From sequence record NC_025447.1: DNA of 64,000 nt. One strand, 5' to 3'. The stretch comes from Escherichia phage 121Q. The notes beneath the pieces are model-generated. The model did no database searches, was not told the DNA's origin, and was given only the letters and a program-made list of their open reading frames with translations. The translations under genes and the position numbers were made by a program. This document shows positions 26,619 to 37,083 of the stretch, piece after piece (position 1 is the first letter of the stretch; the number at the start of each line of letters is the position of its first letter).

Positions 26619-29600
26619 TTAAGCAGTACGTTGTGCAATAAACATATCTGTTACTGGACTCACACCGTCATAAATGACTTGGTAGATAGTTACAGAGTTT
26701 GCAGTTTTGTTCAGTGTGCCATCAACAACCGCATAAGTACCATCAGTAGTAAAGTTTCTATTACCTGTTGCATCTTGTTTCACATAAATGTATACTGAAG
26801 ATGCTTTACCACCACCGATTAGACCAGTGATTGGTGCTAGAGTGGTATCTTGATCTAGAGTGATAAAGTATACGTTGCTAGTACCGTCTGGGGTCCAAGT
26901 ACCAGTTGGTGCGATAACAGAAGAAGTTACTTGATTAGGAATAACATCATATTTTTTAGTAGTTACTGTTGTAGTAGTTAGGTCAGCATTAGTAGTTGTT
27001 AATTGACCAGTTACAGTTACATCTTTATCAAATACTGCATTTTCTTTGAAAGAAGATGTTGCATTGACAGTTAATGTATCAGCAGCAGCGTCACCTAAAA
27101 CAACACTACCATTTGCAGTCATTAAACCAGTAACAGTTAAAGTACCACCGATTGTTGCTGCTCCAGTAACAGATGCACTAGCAAGTGTTGCTGCACCAGA
27201 AGTAGTAATGGTAGTTACTGAAGTTGCTGCTAGGGTTGCAGTACCTGTTGCAGAAATATCACCACCAACAGTTAGGTTACCAGAAGTAATTCCAACGGTT
27301 CCAGTAATGTTAGCACCACTTGACATTGTTACTGCACCACCAAATGAACCAGTAGTAGTTACTTCAAGGGTGTTCCCTTTTAGTAGACCAGTTGCAGTAA
27401 TACTTGTACCTGCGGTAATACTAGTACCAGCAGCAACACTGTTGGTTGCAGTTAATGATTTAACAGCCACGTCAGAGTTTGCTTGGTTTAGTGTTGCGTT
27501 AAGTAGACCAGTTACTGTAAAGTTACCGTTGTTAACTACGTTACCATTGATTGTTAAGTTGTTGTTTTGTGAACCAACATCACCAATAGTTGCTGATTTG
27601 GAAATCAACTCTGCACCAGAAGTAATATTACCCGCTGCACTAATAGTGTCCGCCGCAACAACTGCATAAGGTTCAATTGTTTGACCACTAACGTCAATAT
27701 CAGCGTTGATACCACCATCTACACGCAAGGAGCCAGCAATGTAAGTATTAGGGAAAATCTGAACTGTCTCTGGTTGATCGCCAATTTTAGTACCGATAAT
27801 AACATCAGCACCAGTTTTAACTGCACCAGAGGTTGTTAGAGAACCTAAAGTTGTAGCACCAGTTACACCTAATGTACCACCAATTGTTGCGTTATTAGTA
27901 ACTGCTAACGCAGCACCTTCACCATTAAGAGCGATTGATGGAGCAGATACTGCACCAGTTACGCCTAATGTGCCACCAATTGTTGCGTTGCCATCTGAAT
28001 GTAGAGTTGTAGCTACAGAAAGACTGTTAGCAACTACATCAGTACTAGCTAAATCCAATGCACCTGGGGTTAATGTACCAGTAATGTTAACATTATTACC
28101 AAAGGTCGCTGCACCAGTCACATCTAGTGTAGTACTAAATGTACCAGATGTTGCAGAGATTGCACCTGAATCTAGTGATCCAACAGTTGCTTTACCAGTT
28201 ACACCTAAAGTTCCACCAACAGTTCCATTTGTGGTTACATCCAATGTACCAGTACTTAGTTCTTGTGCGGTTACCTTACCGGATGCAGTAACAGTTGAAG
28301 TGGAAACACCACCAGTTAGAGTACTAGCACCAGTAACACTTAATGTGGTTGCCGCAGTTACGCTATTCACACTAAGATCAGCACCGGATAAGTCCAAACC
28401 ACCTTCAGGAACAAATACACCCTTAACAGTTAGTTTTTGTACTGTACTATCACCTGTTACATCCAATGTAGAAGCAGTTAAACCACCATTCATACTTGCT
28501 GCACCAGTAACACCTAGTGTAGTGGTTACAGTAGCACTATTAAGTGTTGAGCTACCAGAAATATTAGCACTAGAAGCAGTAATAGTTCCAGAATCAACTT
28601 GTATACCACCAGCAACAACCTGAATTCCACCAGCATTAACTGTTAGTTTACCAGCAGTATTCAATGTATTTGAAACTGTTGTTGCACCAGTTAAAGTTGT
28701 AGTGCCAGTTACACCTAAGTTACCAGAAATAGATGGACTACCTGTAATGTTACCAGTAGTTAGTATCAAATCAGTACCTACGGTAGTGGAGCCAGTACTT
28801 TCTAGTGTTACACCGACGATGTTTGCAGAACTTAGGTTAATAGTACCATCAACAGTTAAGTTACCTTGAACGGTTGCATCACCTAGAGAAGTTAATGTCT
28901 TCACAGACACATCAGTTGTGCTAAGATCAATAACACCCGCAGTTAGTGTTCCAGATACTGCTAAATTACCAGTAATCGCGGTATTTTTAGTAATGGATAC
29001 ATTTTCTGCCGCTGAAGTAATAGAACCAACAGTAAGTACACCACCAACAGTTGCGTTATTAGTTACATTTAGAGCAGTTCCAACACCAGATAGTGTTGCT
29101 GACCCACCAGTAATTGCACCTGAGATTGAAGCTGTTGCTGCTGAAACATCACCAGAAACTACTGCATTTGTTGCATTTAGAGCAGACACTGTAACTTCAG
29201 TACTTTGAACTTTAGGTAGAACGTTGATACCTTCTGCACTACTAACTGTAATAATACCAGTACTTGTTAGAGATTTAACAGATACATCAGCACCACTTAA
29301 ATCAACTGTACCAGAAACAACAAGATCTCCACCAATATTTGCTCCAGCGGTAGTAGTAATGGATTTTGCACTTACATCAGTTGTGCTCAAATCAATTGCA
29401 CCTGGTGTTACTGTACCAGAAACTGTTAGGTCACCAGTAATAGATGTATTATTGGAAATAGATACACCATCAACGTTACTAATTGTTGGGGTTTCTACAG
29501 AAACTGCTTTAACTTTACCTGAAGAAGTTACGTCAGCTACGGTAGATGCACCAGTAACATTCAAATTAGTAATATTTGCAGTTGTTGAACCAAGGGTTGC

Positions 29601-32144
29601 AATAGTTGCATCAGTACTTTGAAGTTTAGGTAGAACACTACTAATTGTGGATTCATTACTAACAATTGCACCAGTACTAGTTAAAGATTTGACAGTAACA
29701 TCAGCCGTAGTAAGATCTACTGTACCATTAACAGTTAGGTTACCACCAATAGTTGCACCAGCAGTAGTAGTAATGGATTTAGCATTAACATCAGTTGTTG
29801 CTAGATCGATAGAGCCTGGAATAACTGCACCAGTAACAGTTAGGTCACCAGTTACATTTGTATTATTGGAAATAGTGACACCACTTGCATTTGAAATGGT
29901 TGGGGTAACCAACGATGCAGTTGTAGTTTCACCAGTTACAGTTAAAGTTGACCCAACTAGAACAGATGAGCTTGAGTAAATTGTACCCAAATTAGCAGAT
30001 CCGGTAACAGTTATATCATCAGCATTAACAGTAGTTGCCGTTATGGTAGTACTATTAAGTACTGGAAGTACGTTAGCATTAACAAGATCATTACTTTTAA
30101 CAATACCAGAAGTAGTTAATGATTTAACATTAAGGTCGGCTGCTGATAAATCAAAAGAGCCTTGAACTACTAAATCACCACCAATAGTTGCACCAGCAGT
30201 AGTAGTGATTGATTTAGCATTAATATCGGTAGTGCTCAAGTCTAGAGAACCAACAGTTAAGCTACCAGTAATATCAACATTTTCTGTAAAGTTAGTATTA
30301 CCACTAATAGTTGGTGCAGTCAGAGTTGTTGCACTAATATTAGTACCGTTAATTGTTTGCCCACTTACAGTTCCACTCGCAGTGATAGTAGGGGCCGTTA
30401 CTTCAGTAGATGCACTAATTGTTGGTGCAGATACAGAAGTTGTACCAGTAATAGAACCAGAACTTACTGAACCAGCGGATAATGCACCAGAAAGAGTTGC
30501 AGTTGTACCAGCAATATCACCAGTAACAGTTAGTTTAGCACCCACGGTAGTGTTACCAGTACTTTCAAGTGTTGCACCTTTAATATTTGCTGCCGCGACA
30601 ACAGAATTAGGTGTTAGATCCTGCCCACTAACATCAACAGTTAGTCCAGTTACTGTTCCAGTAAATTCAACATCATTAAGAATTGCTTTACCACCAACTT
30701 GTAGGAATGGTGTACCTGGAGCTTGTGTTTCGTTACCAGTAATAGTTAGGTAATCTAGTTTGTTTAGACCGTTACCAGTAATACCATAAGTGGAAAGAGA
30801 AGCGTTACCGAAAGTTGCTGTTTTAAGAACGTTCAATGTAGAAGGAGAAACGACTTCTGATTGAACTTCGTTAGGTAGAATAACTGTTGGGCGTTGACCT
30901 GGTGCAGTATATCCAAAACCTAGTTTCACTGCCGCATCTTGACTATTTTGACCTAAGCTGATAGCTTTAAAGGATGCAGTACTGTTATAACCAGTAATAT
31001 TAGAACCAAGAGTAACACCACCAACTAATGAAGTTACACCAGTAACGTTCAAAGATACTGCATTAATATCGTCTAGTTGGAACGTTCCACCAAGAAGACC
31101 AGAAACATTAATGTTATTAAAATTAGCAGTACCAGTACTTTCGATATTTGGAATAGTTGCAGTTCCGGTTACTTCAAAGTCAGCAACTTTAGTTTTTCCT
31201 TTTTGAACTTCTAATAGTGGTGTGTCTGGTGATTGTGTATTGTTACCAGAAACTGTTAGATAATCTAATTTGTTTAGACCATTACCAGTAATACCATAAG
31301 AAGATAATGACGCATTACCAAAAGAAGCAGAGGTCAATACTGTCAAGTTTGCAGGTGACATTAGCTCGGACTGAATTTCGTTTTGTAGAATAACAGTTGG
31401 GCGTTTACCAGGAGCAGTGTAAGGGAAGCTTAATCTGAAGGTTTGTGATTCAGAGTTAGAACCAATACGAATGTCTTTAAAAGTAGCAGTACTGTTAATA
31501 CCAGTTACGTTAGCACCGAAAGTTACTGCACCTTGTTGGTTAGATGCACCAGTAACGTTCAATGTTACTGCATTTAAGTCAGATAGATTAAACTCACCAC
31601 CAAGTGTACCACTAATTGTCACATCGTTAAATGTAGCAGTACCAGTACTACTAATATCTGTTGTACTTACATTAGTAATTTCTGCGGTATTAGCAGTAAT
31701 TTTATCAAATGCAGCAGTAGTCCCAACATCAGCAGTAATATTACCTTTAAATGCTGTTGTTTCAGCAACTTCTAAGTTTTTAACTTTAGTTGCTTGTAGA
31801 GTGGTTGTACCAGCAGTTTGTGTAAAATCAGAACCAACTGATACAGTACCGTTAAAGGTAGCGTTTGAATTAATTGTTGCTGTATCAGACCCGACAACTG
31901 CACTACCGATTGTAGTATTACCCTCAACACCAAGACCACCAGAAAGTGTTGCTTTGCCACCTACATCTAAAGTAGATGTAATGTTGGCAGTTGATGATTC
32001 AATGGCAGTAAAAGTTGCATTTGCAAAAGTTACAGTACCATTTACAGTTAGGTTATTGTTGAAAACAGCATTTCCTTTGACTAAAAGATCCTTACCAACC
32101 GTACCAGCACCAGTAATATCTAAGTCAGTTTTTATTGAGTACAT
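26619..32144 (-). CDS. large tail fibre protein (1841 aa) with internal tandem repeat arrays
   Basis: Thr/Ser/Gly/Asn-rich; two repeat families visible in protein and DNA; my hand count places the start codon 1 nt from the ORF-track value. Confidence 0.7.
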   Translation of the reverse strand: MYSIKTDLDITGAGTVGKDLLVKGNAVFNNNLTVNGTVTFANATFTAIESSTANITSTLDVGGKATLSGGLGVEGNTTIGSAVVGSDTATINSNATFNGTVSVGSDFTQTAGTTTLQATKVKNLEVAETTAFKGNITADVGTTAAFDKITANTAEITNVSTTDISSTGTATFNDVTISGTLGGEFNLSDLNAVTLNVTGASNQQGAVTFGANVTGINSTATFKDIRIGSNSESQTFRLSFPYTAPGKRPTVILQNEIQSELMSPANLTVLTSASFGNASLSSYGITGNGLNKLDYLTVSGNNTQSPDTPLLEVQKGKTKVADFEVTGTATIPNIESTGTANFNNINVSGLLGGTFQLDDINAVSLNVTGVTSLVGGVTLGSNITGYNSTASFKAISLGQNSQDAAVKLGFGYTAPGQRPTVILPNEVQSEVVSPSTLNVLKTATFGNASLSTYGITGNGLNKLDYLTITGNETQAPGTPFLQVGGKAILNDVEFTGTVTGLTVDVSGQDLTPNSVVAAANIKGATLESTGNTTVGAKLTVTGDIAGTTATLSGALSAGSVSSGSITGTTSVSAPTISASTEVTAPTITASGTVSGQTINGTNISATTLTAPTISGNTNFTENVDITGSLTVGSLDLSTTDINAKSITTTAGATIGGDLVVQGSFDLSAADLNVKSLTTSGIVKSNDLVNANVLPVLNSTTITATTVNADDITVTGSANLGTIYSSSSVLVGSTLTVTGETTTASLVTPTISNASGVTISNNTNVTGDLTVTGAVIPGSIDLATTDVNAKSITTTAGATIGGNLTVNGTVDLTTADVTVKSLTSTGAIVSNESTISSVLPKLQSTDATIATLGSTTANITNLNVTGASTVADVTSSGKVKAVSVETPTISNVDGVSISNNTSITGDLTVSGTVTPGAIDLSTTDVSAKSITTTAGANIGGDLVVSGTVDLSGADVSVKSLTSTGIITVSSAEGINVLPKVQSTEVTVSALNATNAVVSGDVSAATASISGAITGGSATLSGVGTALNVTNNATVGGVLTVGSITSAAENVSITKNTAITGNLAVSGTLTAGVIDLSTTDVSVKTLTSLGDATVQGNLTVDGTINLSSANIVGVTLESTGSTTVGTDLILTTGNITGSPSISGNLGVTGTTTLTGATTVSNTLNTAGKLTVNAGGIQVVAGGIQVDSGTITASSANISGSSTLNSATVTTTLGVTGAASMNGGLTASTLDVTGDSTVQKLTVKGVFVPEGGLDLSGADLSVNSVTAATTLSVTGASTLTGGVSTSTVTASGKVTAQELSTGTLDVTTNGTVGGTLGVTGKATVGSLDSGAISATSGTFSTTLDVTGAATFGNNVNITGTLTPGALDLASTDVVANSLSVATTLHSDGNATIGGTLGVTGAVSAPSIALNGEGAALAVTNNATIGGTLGVTGATTLGSLTTSGAVKTGADVIIGTKIGDQPETVQIFPNTYIAGSLRVDGGINADIDVSGQTIEPYAVVAADTISAAGNITSGAELISKSATIGDVGSQNNNLTINGNVVNNGNFTVTGLLNATLNQANSDVAVKSLTATNSVAAGTSITAGTSITATGLLKGNTLEVTTTGSFGGAVTMSSGANITGTVGITSGNLTVGGDISATGTATLAATSVTTITTSGAATLASASVTGAATIGGTLTVTGLMTANGSVVLGDAAADTLTVNATSSFKENAVFDKDVTVTGQLTTTNADLTTTTVTTKKYDVIPNQVTSSVIAPTGTWTPDGTSNVYFITLDQDTTLAPITGLIGGGKASSVYIYVKQDATGNRNFTTDGTYAVVDGTLNKTANSVTIYQVIYDGVSPVTDMFIAQRTA
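28821..30269 (-). repeat. tandem array (~3.5 x ~415 bp, ~138 aa) inside large fibre gene
   Basis: Repeating IDL(S/A)TTDV.AKSITTTAGA.IGG.L.V.G.VDL..ADV.VKSLTSTG units from residue ~626 to ~1108. Confidence 0.55.
30624..31646 (-). repeat. tandem duplication (2 x ~510 bp, ~170 aa) inside large fibre gene
   Basis: Protein units 167-336 and 337-507 align throughout (F.YTAPG.RPTVIL.NE.QSE..SP..L.VL..A.FGNASLS.YGITGNGLNKLDYLT). Confidence 0.55.
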
Positions 32145-32240
32145 TTATACCCTCCATTATAACCTTGTTAATATGTATATATTTAGTTTTATTATGCTGT
32201 TATCCAACAATTAATATGTTATTTGACAAAAGCAAATATA

Positions 32241-32281
32241 ATAAAAACCAGACTTATTTAGAACAAGTCTGGTTAATTTTT
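32241..32281. terminator. terminator between two minus-strand fibre genes (U-tracts on both strands)
   Basis: AACCAGACTT-9 nt loop-AAGTCTGGTT flanked by AAAAA and TTTTTTT. Confidence 0.55.
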
Positions 32282-33178
32282 TTACTTACCAGAGATGACA
32301 ATCTTACCACTGAAAGAAATATCAGAAGTGAAGATTACATCACCAGTACTACTAATTTGTGTATCAGTCACTACCAATTCAAATGGAGATGACGAAACAC
32401 TCCCAGGTGTTTTATTTGCATAAATTGAAATATACAAATTATCTGGTGTTTGATTGTGTTCAGATGCAGGAATAGTGATTGTAAAATCACCATCACTAGA
32501 AACCCAATCTGCTTGGTTTACCAATTTACTATAAGGTACTGTCATTGTTGTTGCTCCTATAATGTTTACTTTAACACTTGCATAATCTGTGATTTGACCA
32601 ATCACATCAATTGTTATATCCCCAATACCACTAACTGTTACTGTGGTTTGGAATACTGATTCCAATGCAACATTACCTGGGTCACCTTGTAGTTGGATCA
32701 TAATATCAGAACCTCTACCATGAACTGATTCTGGTAGTGTGTAAGTATAATGATCAGTAGTATCTGGCACTAATGTAAATGCAGAAACAGGAACTATTTC
32801 AGTAGTTACATATGAGCTATCAGTCCCAGGTGAGCTACCTTTAAATGGTTTCCAAATACCAAGATCTTTAATATAAATTTGAAGAACATTAGTACTATCA
32901 ACCAAAAAGTAAACGTCACCATCTAGACCGATCGAATCGGATGGTGCTGTTGTTCCACGTAAGATACCAGAACTACCACCACCACTGTGTGCGTTTAAAT
33001 ATCCCAATGTAACCAAGTGTGTGTTTGCAGTTGGTTCACCTGCTGAAATTGGAAGAAGTTGTGTTCCTGAGTAGTTTTGAATTTGCACAACACTACCATT
33101 TGTGGTAATCTGTGCACCATTCTTCCCAAGAATGAAGGACTTCTTCATGGTTCCTTCTAAATTAGAAAAAACTGCCAT
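32282..33178 (-). CDS. receptor-binding tail spike/fibre protein sharing N-terminal anchor with 33195-35336
   Basis: N-terminus MAVFSNLEGTMKKSFILGKNGAQ nearly identical in pattern to MAVFSNFEGTMQPKFILGKKGAS of the next gene. Confidence 0.6.
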   Translation of the reverse strand: MAVFSNLEGTMKKSFILGKNGAQITTNGSVVQIQNYSGTQLLPISAGEPTANTHLVTLGYLNAHSGGGSSGILRGTTAPSDSIGLDGDVYFLVDSTNVLQIYIKDLGIWKPFKGSSPGTDSSYVTTEIVPVSAFTLVPDTTDHYTYTLPESVHGRGSDIMIQLQGDPGNVALESVFQTTVTVSGIGDITIDVIGQITDYASVKVNIIGATTMTVPYSKLVNQADWVSSDGDFTITIPASEHNQTPDNLYISIYANKTPGSVSSSPFELVVTDTQISSTGDVIFTSDISFSGKIVISGK

Positions 33179-33194
33179 TTTAATATAATCTCCT

Positions 33195-35336
33195 TTATGG
33201 TAGGGTTATGTAAGTTACGGGTTGGGCAGCTTTTAATGCTGCACCAGCGGCAGTTGCTGTTATGATAGGATCTGCAATATCAATTCTATATACGTTGTTT
33301 ACAACATACACTGCACGAGTTATATACGTTCTCAAATCACCACCATTTTCACCAGCACCGGATATAATGATCTCAGTACCAGCAGCTTTTGCATATTGGT
33401 TTTCACCCCATGACACACCCAATGCTTCTATGTATGTTTGTCCTGCTACCGTTTGTCTAATTGTGTCATATTTTCCGAAAAAAGAACCACCAACAGTTAC
33501 AATATATTTTCCACCCGATTGTTTATGAATAATCGTGCCTTCAGAGAAATAGCGTCCCCCAGGAAAAGTATCGTATGGAATATAATATTGCTCAACTACA
33601 GGTATCAGTACTGGGCCACGGTGACCTGTACCATCGATTGCAGTTGTAACTTTAAAGTTATTAGATGATTGGTCTATTCTGTCTACATACATTTTAGAAA
33701 AACTATATTTTGAAACATTACAATCATCTTGAACAACACAGTTAGTCCAATTAGTATAAGTATATTTAGAGCGAGTATAGATACCACCACCTTCGCCTTC
33801 GGTAGAGAGGTGTTGACCAATTACATCTAATTCTTTAGTTCTAATATCACTAAATTTAGATGATGATGGCAAACCACGCCAAAGGATTTTAGAACAAGTG
33901 ATATTGCTCAATTCTGTATTATTTAACCAATTATCAGAACCGGAAGTATAAACAAGTATAGAAGACTCTGGAATATAGAGATTAGAAATTTTAAAGTTTC
34001 TAGGTGGTCCAGCAAAACGACCAGAAGTTACACCCCAGTTTATTGAAACCATTCTATTTGTGATAGAAGGATCATTAAGCAAATGACCAGTCAACCCATC
34101 AATAATGAATTCTTTCGAACCATAAGTTATAACACCAGCAGTGGTTAATCCAGTACCAACAGAAACTAAAGATGATGGATAAACTTCATTATTAAGTATT
34201 TTAAAGTCCATTCCTAATTCAACGTGTATACATTGTCTAACATTATATAGTCTGTTATTTTTAATAACAAAGTTTCTGACATATTGTGTATCTGGTGCAT
34301 CTAAACCATAAGGACCAGAACCAGCAACGCCAATACCAATGCCCCAGTTTGAAAGTGGGATTGGAGCGTTAGAACCATCAACGTTTTCAATTACGTTTCC
34401 TTCAATCACAAAACCATCAGGATAATGTGAGTTAATTACGTTTAGTTCAATTGCATCACCATAGATATCATGAATATGGTTATATGAATATCTACCAACC
34501 TTCATTTTCTCACCAGTACCTTGTTGAAGAACACCATACTTACATTGGGTCATTTCATTAAAGCAAAAATCTATTGTTCCTGGTTGTGTCATACCTTGCA
34601 TTAAAAATGCAGCAGTACTTGTGATGTTTATAAATTTATTAAAATAAAACTTACCATCTCCACCGAAGAATTTTAAATAACATCCAGTAAGTGTTGCAAA
34701 TTGTATTTGGGAATTAATAACAGATACCATAGTACCACCGTTACCAGTAATAGTTCCCCCAAACCAAGTTACATCTTCTAGGTATATTGCAGTTTTGATA
34801 CGGTAATTACCACCAGCCTGAATTTGGATTTTATTTTCTTTAGCATAAGCAGCACATAAATTTACAGCAGCAGTGTCATCAGTTTCGCCATCACCTTTAG
34901 CACCAAATTCTTCTGGTGTTATATAAAACTGGGCCTGTTGAACTGTACCTCCAGTAATAAGTCCGATGAAATCACCACCATTTTTACTGGATAGAACTTT
35001 TTTATTAATGTATAATGATTTTACCCATGTACCATTACTTTTTGCAAAAATATCAACAATACCATCTTCATCAATTTGAAAATACGTATTATTGTTCTTT
35101 CCTACATCATCGGTAGGGGGTACAACACCAAATAATGCATTAGGGTTATCTTCAAGATATTTTACGTTAACTGCTGAATTAGGGTCAGATGAAGTTCCTA
35201 CCTTCAGTGGTAGGAACTGTTCTCCTAGATAATCTTTTATAGAAACTGAATCATTGATAAAATTTATTGAAGCACCTTTTTTCCCCAATATGAATTTGGG
35301 CTGCATAGTTCCTTCAAAATTAGAAAATACTGCCAT
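33195..35336 (-). CDS. tailspike with pectate-lyase-superfamily beta-helix (putative polysaccharide depolymerase)
   Basis: Shared N-terminal anchor, then EEFGAKGDGETDDTAAV, the hallmark entry motif of pectate-lyase-like depolymerase domains. Confidence 0.7.
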   Translation of the reverse strand: MAVFSNFEGTMQPKFILGKKGASINFINDSVSIKDYLGEQFLPLKVGTSSDPNSAVNVKYLEDNPNALFGVVPPTDDVGKNNNTYFQIDEDGIVDIFAKSNGTWVKSLYINKKVLSSKNGGDFIGLITGGTVQQAQFYITPEEFGAKGDGETDDTAAVNLCAAYAKENKIQIQAGGNYRIKTAIYLEDVTWFGGTITGNGGTMVSVINSQIQFATLTGCYLKFFGGDGKFYFNKFINITSTAAFLMQGMTQPGTIDFCFNEMTQCKYGVLQQGTGEKMKVGRYSYNHIHDIYGDAIELNVINSHYPDGFVIEGNVIENVDGSNAPIPLSNWGIGIGVAGSGPYGLDAPDTQYVRNFVIKNNRLYNVRQCIHVELGMDFKILNNEVYPSSLVSVGTGLTTAGVITYGSKEFIIDGLTGHLLNDPSITNRMVSINWGVTSGRFAGPPRNFKISNLYIPESSILVYTSGSDNWLNNTELSNITCSKILWRGLPSSSKFSDIRTKELDVIGQHLSTEGEGGGIYTRSKYTYTNWTNCVVQDDCNVSKYSFSKMYVDRIDQSSNNFKVTTAIDGTGHRGPVLIPVVEQYYIPYDTFPGGRYFSEGTIIHKQSGGKYIVTVGGSFFGKYDTIRQTVAGQTYIEALGVSWGENQYAKAAGTEIIISGAGENGGDLRTYITRAVYVVNNVYRIDIADPIITATAAGAALKAAQPVTYITLP

Positions 35337-35350
35337 TATGACATCCTCCC

Positions 35351-36502
35351 TTAAATATTATCTTGAATCGGTTGGATAGGAGCTTGCCATGAAAGAGTAC
35401 AAATAATTTCCATTTTTCCATAAGGACTGTTGTTAACAGAATCGTTGAATACACATGAAATAATTTCATCAACATCGGATGCTGCATGATTAGTTTCATT
35501 AACAATAAAACGCATCTGACGATTGATATCAAAGTAGGAAGTTGGTGCAATTACCGTCCCGCCAATATCTTCTTGTGCTTCACCACCAAAACGTACAAAC
35601 ATATCAGTTACTGGAAGAGAATAAGGTTGTATAACGTTTACATCAATATTAGAAACTACATATCCAGCAGGACATGTACCAATAACTAATAGTGCGTTAG
35701 TCCATGAGCTATCTATGGTATTTCTAATAGAAATTGTATCTTTACCTGGTGCACCTGGTTCGCCTTGTATACCTTGAATACCTTGCTGGCCTTCTTTACC
35801 ACGGAATAGAATACCCTCACTCCACTCTTTTGAAGGAGGGGTAGTTGTAGTTACTTCATCAACATAATATAGTTTTCCATCAGTGTTGTTATAAAAACAA
35901 TAATCAACTGGAAGATTTTCAATACTTGGAAATTGATCACCACTGCTATCAATATGGAAACGACCACGCGGACCTTGTTCACCACGGAAAGGTATACCAT
36001 CACTCCAAGTAGCAGTTACACTTTGATAGAAATAAAGTTTACCATCTTGAGTATTATAAAATGTATAGTTATTAAAAAGACCAGTTGTTGGGAAAGTAGT
36101 TCCAGCACTATCAATGTGGAACGGCTTACCCGCTTCACCCGTATCACCTTTACCAAACTCAACACTAATCCATGTACTTGTCGGATCTTGTGCATCATTT
36201 GATTTAAAGTATAGAGTACTGGTATTGTTAGCCAAGCTTAAGTAGCACCACCCAAGTGGTTCACCAACTTTAAATTGTTCGGAAGGAATTTCAAAACCAA
36301 TCTCATTAGGATAAAAGTTTTTACCATTCTCGCCATTCTGTCCTACAACAAGACCTAAATCTTGAATTGTGTTATCTGCATAGGTTACAATTAAATGCCC
36401 AGCACCATTAATAACTAGACTTTTGATGCCGGAGTTATTACATGAACCATTAAATGAAATTGTCATAATATTTCCCTTGTATGAGTTAATGTCATATACC
36501 AA
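35351..36502 (-). CDS. fibre-like protein with collagen-like Gly-X-Y segments and a duplicated module
   Basis: GQNGENGKN, GEQGPRG, GKEGQQGIQGIQGEPGAPGKD; duplicated (R/P)FHIDS(A/S)G...FYN..DGKLY(F/Y) units. Confidence 0.55.
   Translation of the reverse strand: MVYDINSYKGNIMTISFNGSCNNSGIKSLVINGAGHLIVTYADNTIQDLGLVVGQNGENGKNFYPNEIGFEIPSEQFKVGEPLGWCYLSLANNTSTLYFKSNDAQDPTSTWISVEFGKGDTGEAGKPFHIDSAGTTFPTTGLFNNYTFYNTQDGKLYFYQSVTATWSDGIPFRGEQGPRGRFHIDSSGDQFPSIENLPVDYCFYNNTDGKLYYVDEVTTTTPPSKEWSEGILFRGKEGQQGIQGIQGEPGAPGKDTISIRNTIDSSWTNALLVIGTCPAGYVVSNIDVNVIQPYSLPVTDMFVRFGGEAQEDIGGTVIAPTSYFDINRQMRFIVNETNHAASDVDEIISCVFNDSVNNSPYGKMEIICTLSWQAPIQPIQDNI
35738..36154 (-). repeat. collagen-like Gly-X-Y segments flanking a duplicated ~50-aa module
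   Basis: Residues ~117-255 of the 383-aa protein. Confidence 0.4.
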
Positions 36503-36576
36503 TATTTATCAGTACAAAATACATTTCGTTATCATTAATAAATAAATGAAAGTTCACTACTAAAAGGGCTTAAACA

Positions 36577-37074
36577 ATGGCATTAAGATCAAAAGACTTT
36601 CTCTTCAGAAGAAAAACAAAAGATGGTTCATGGCAAGATTTTCCTGAATCTGATAGCTGGTATCCAGCTAACTTGGATTATCACTGGAATGAACAAACGT
36701 TACCACTAGCAAGTGGTGGCTACTATGGCTGTACTACAGGTTTACATACGATTTCATTTACACTACGTAATTTTATTGGTAGAATTTATGTGTTAGCTAC
36801 ATTAGCTAGTAATCCTACTGATGATGATTGGTTTCCAATTAAATTCACTGAAAGTTGTAATTATTATCTTGAATTTACTGATATGGTTATTTTAAATCCA
36901 AATGGTGGGGATTTAATTAGACAACAAGGAACTACCGGAACATTTGCTGAAACAGTAACTGGTAATTTTACTTACCTTAAAGTTGGTATAGACCGTGATT
37001 ATATTAGTAAGTATCCATCAGATGTCCAAAAAAGTTTAGCTGGGAAGTTAGAACAAATTTTAATTAACTACTAA
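36577..37074 (+). CDS. hypothetical protein
   Basis: ORF with RBS, diverging from fibre genes. Confidence 0.45.
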   Translation: MALRSKDFLFRRKTKDGSWQDFPESDSWYPANLDYHWNEQTLPLASGGYYGCTTGLHTISFTLRNFIGRIYVLATLASNPTDDDWFPIKFTESCNYYLEFTDMVILNPNGGDLIRQQGTTGTFAETVTGNFTYLKVGIDRDYISKYPSDVQKSLAGKLEQILINY

Positions 37075-37083
37075 GGATTAGAA

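Noticed and set aside
28821-31646. Regular tandem repeats, considered as a CRISPR-like array or satellite
   Set aside because: Units are 400-500 bp, in frame and encode repeated protein domains; no short repeat-spacer architecture
27046-32214. Many plus-strand ORFs (27046-27669, 27970-28623, 28918-29208, 29224-29622, 29647-29979, 30205-30753, 31471-32214) rich in V/T/P/A
   Set aside because: They lie antisense within the repeat-rich 1841-aa fibre gene, mirror its repeats, and lack RBS; shadow ORFs
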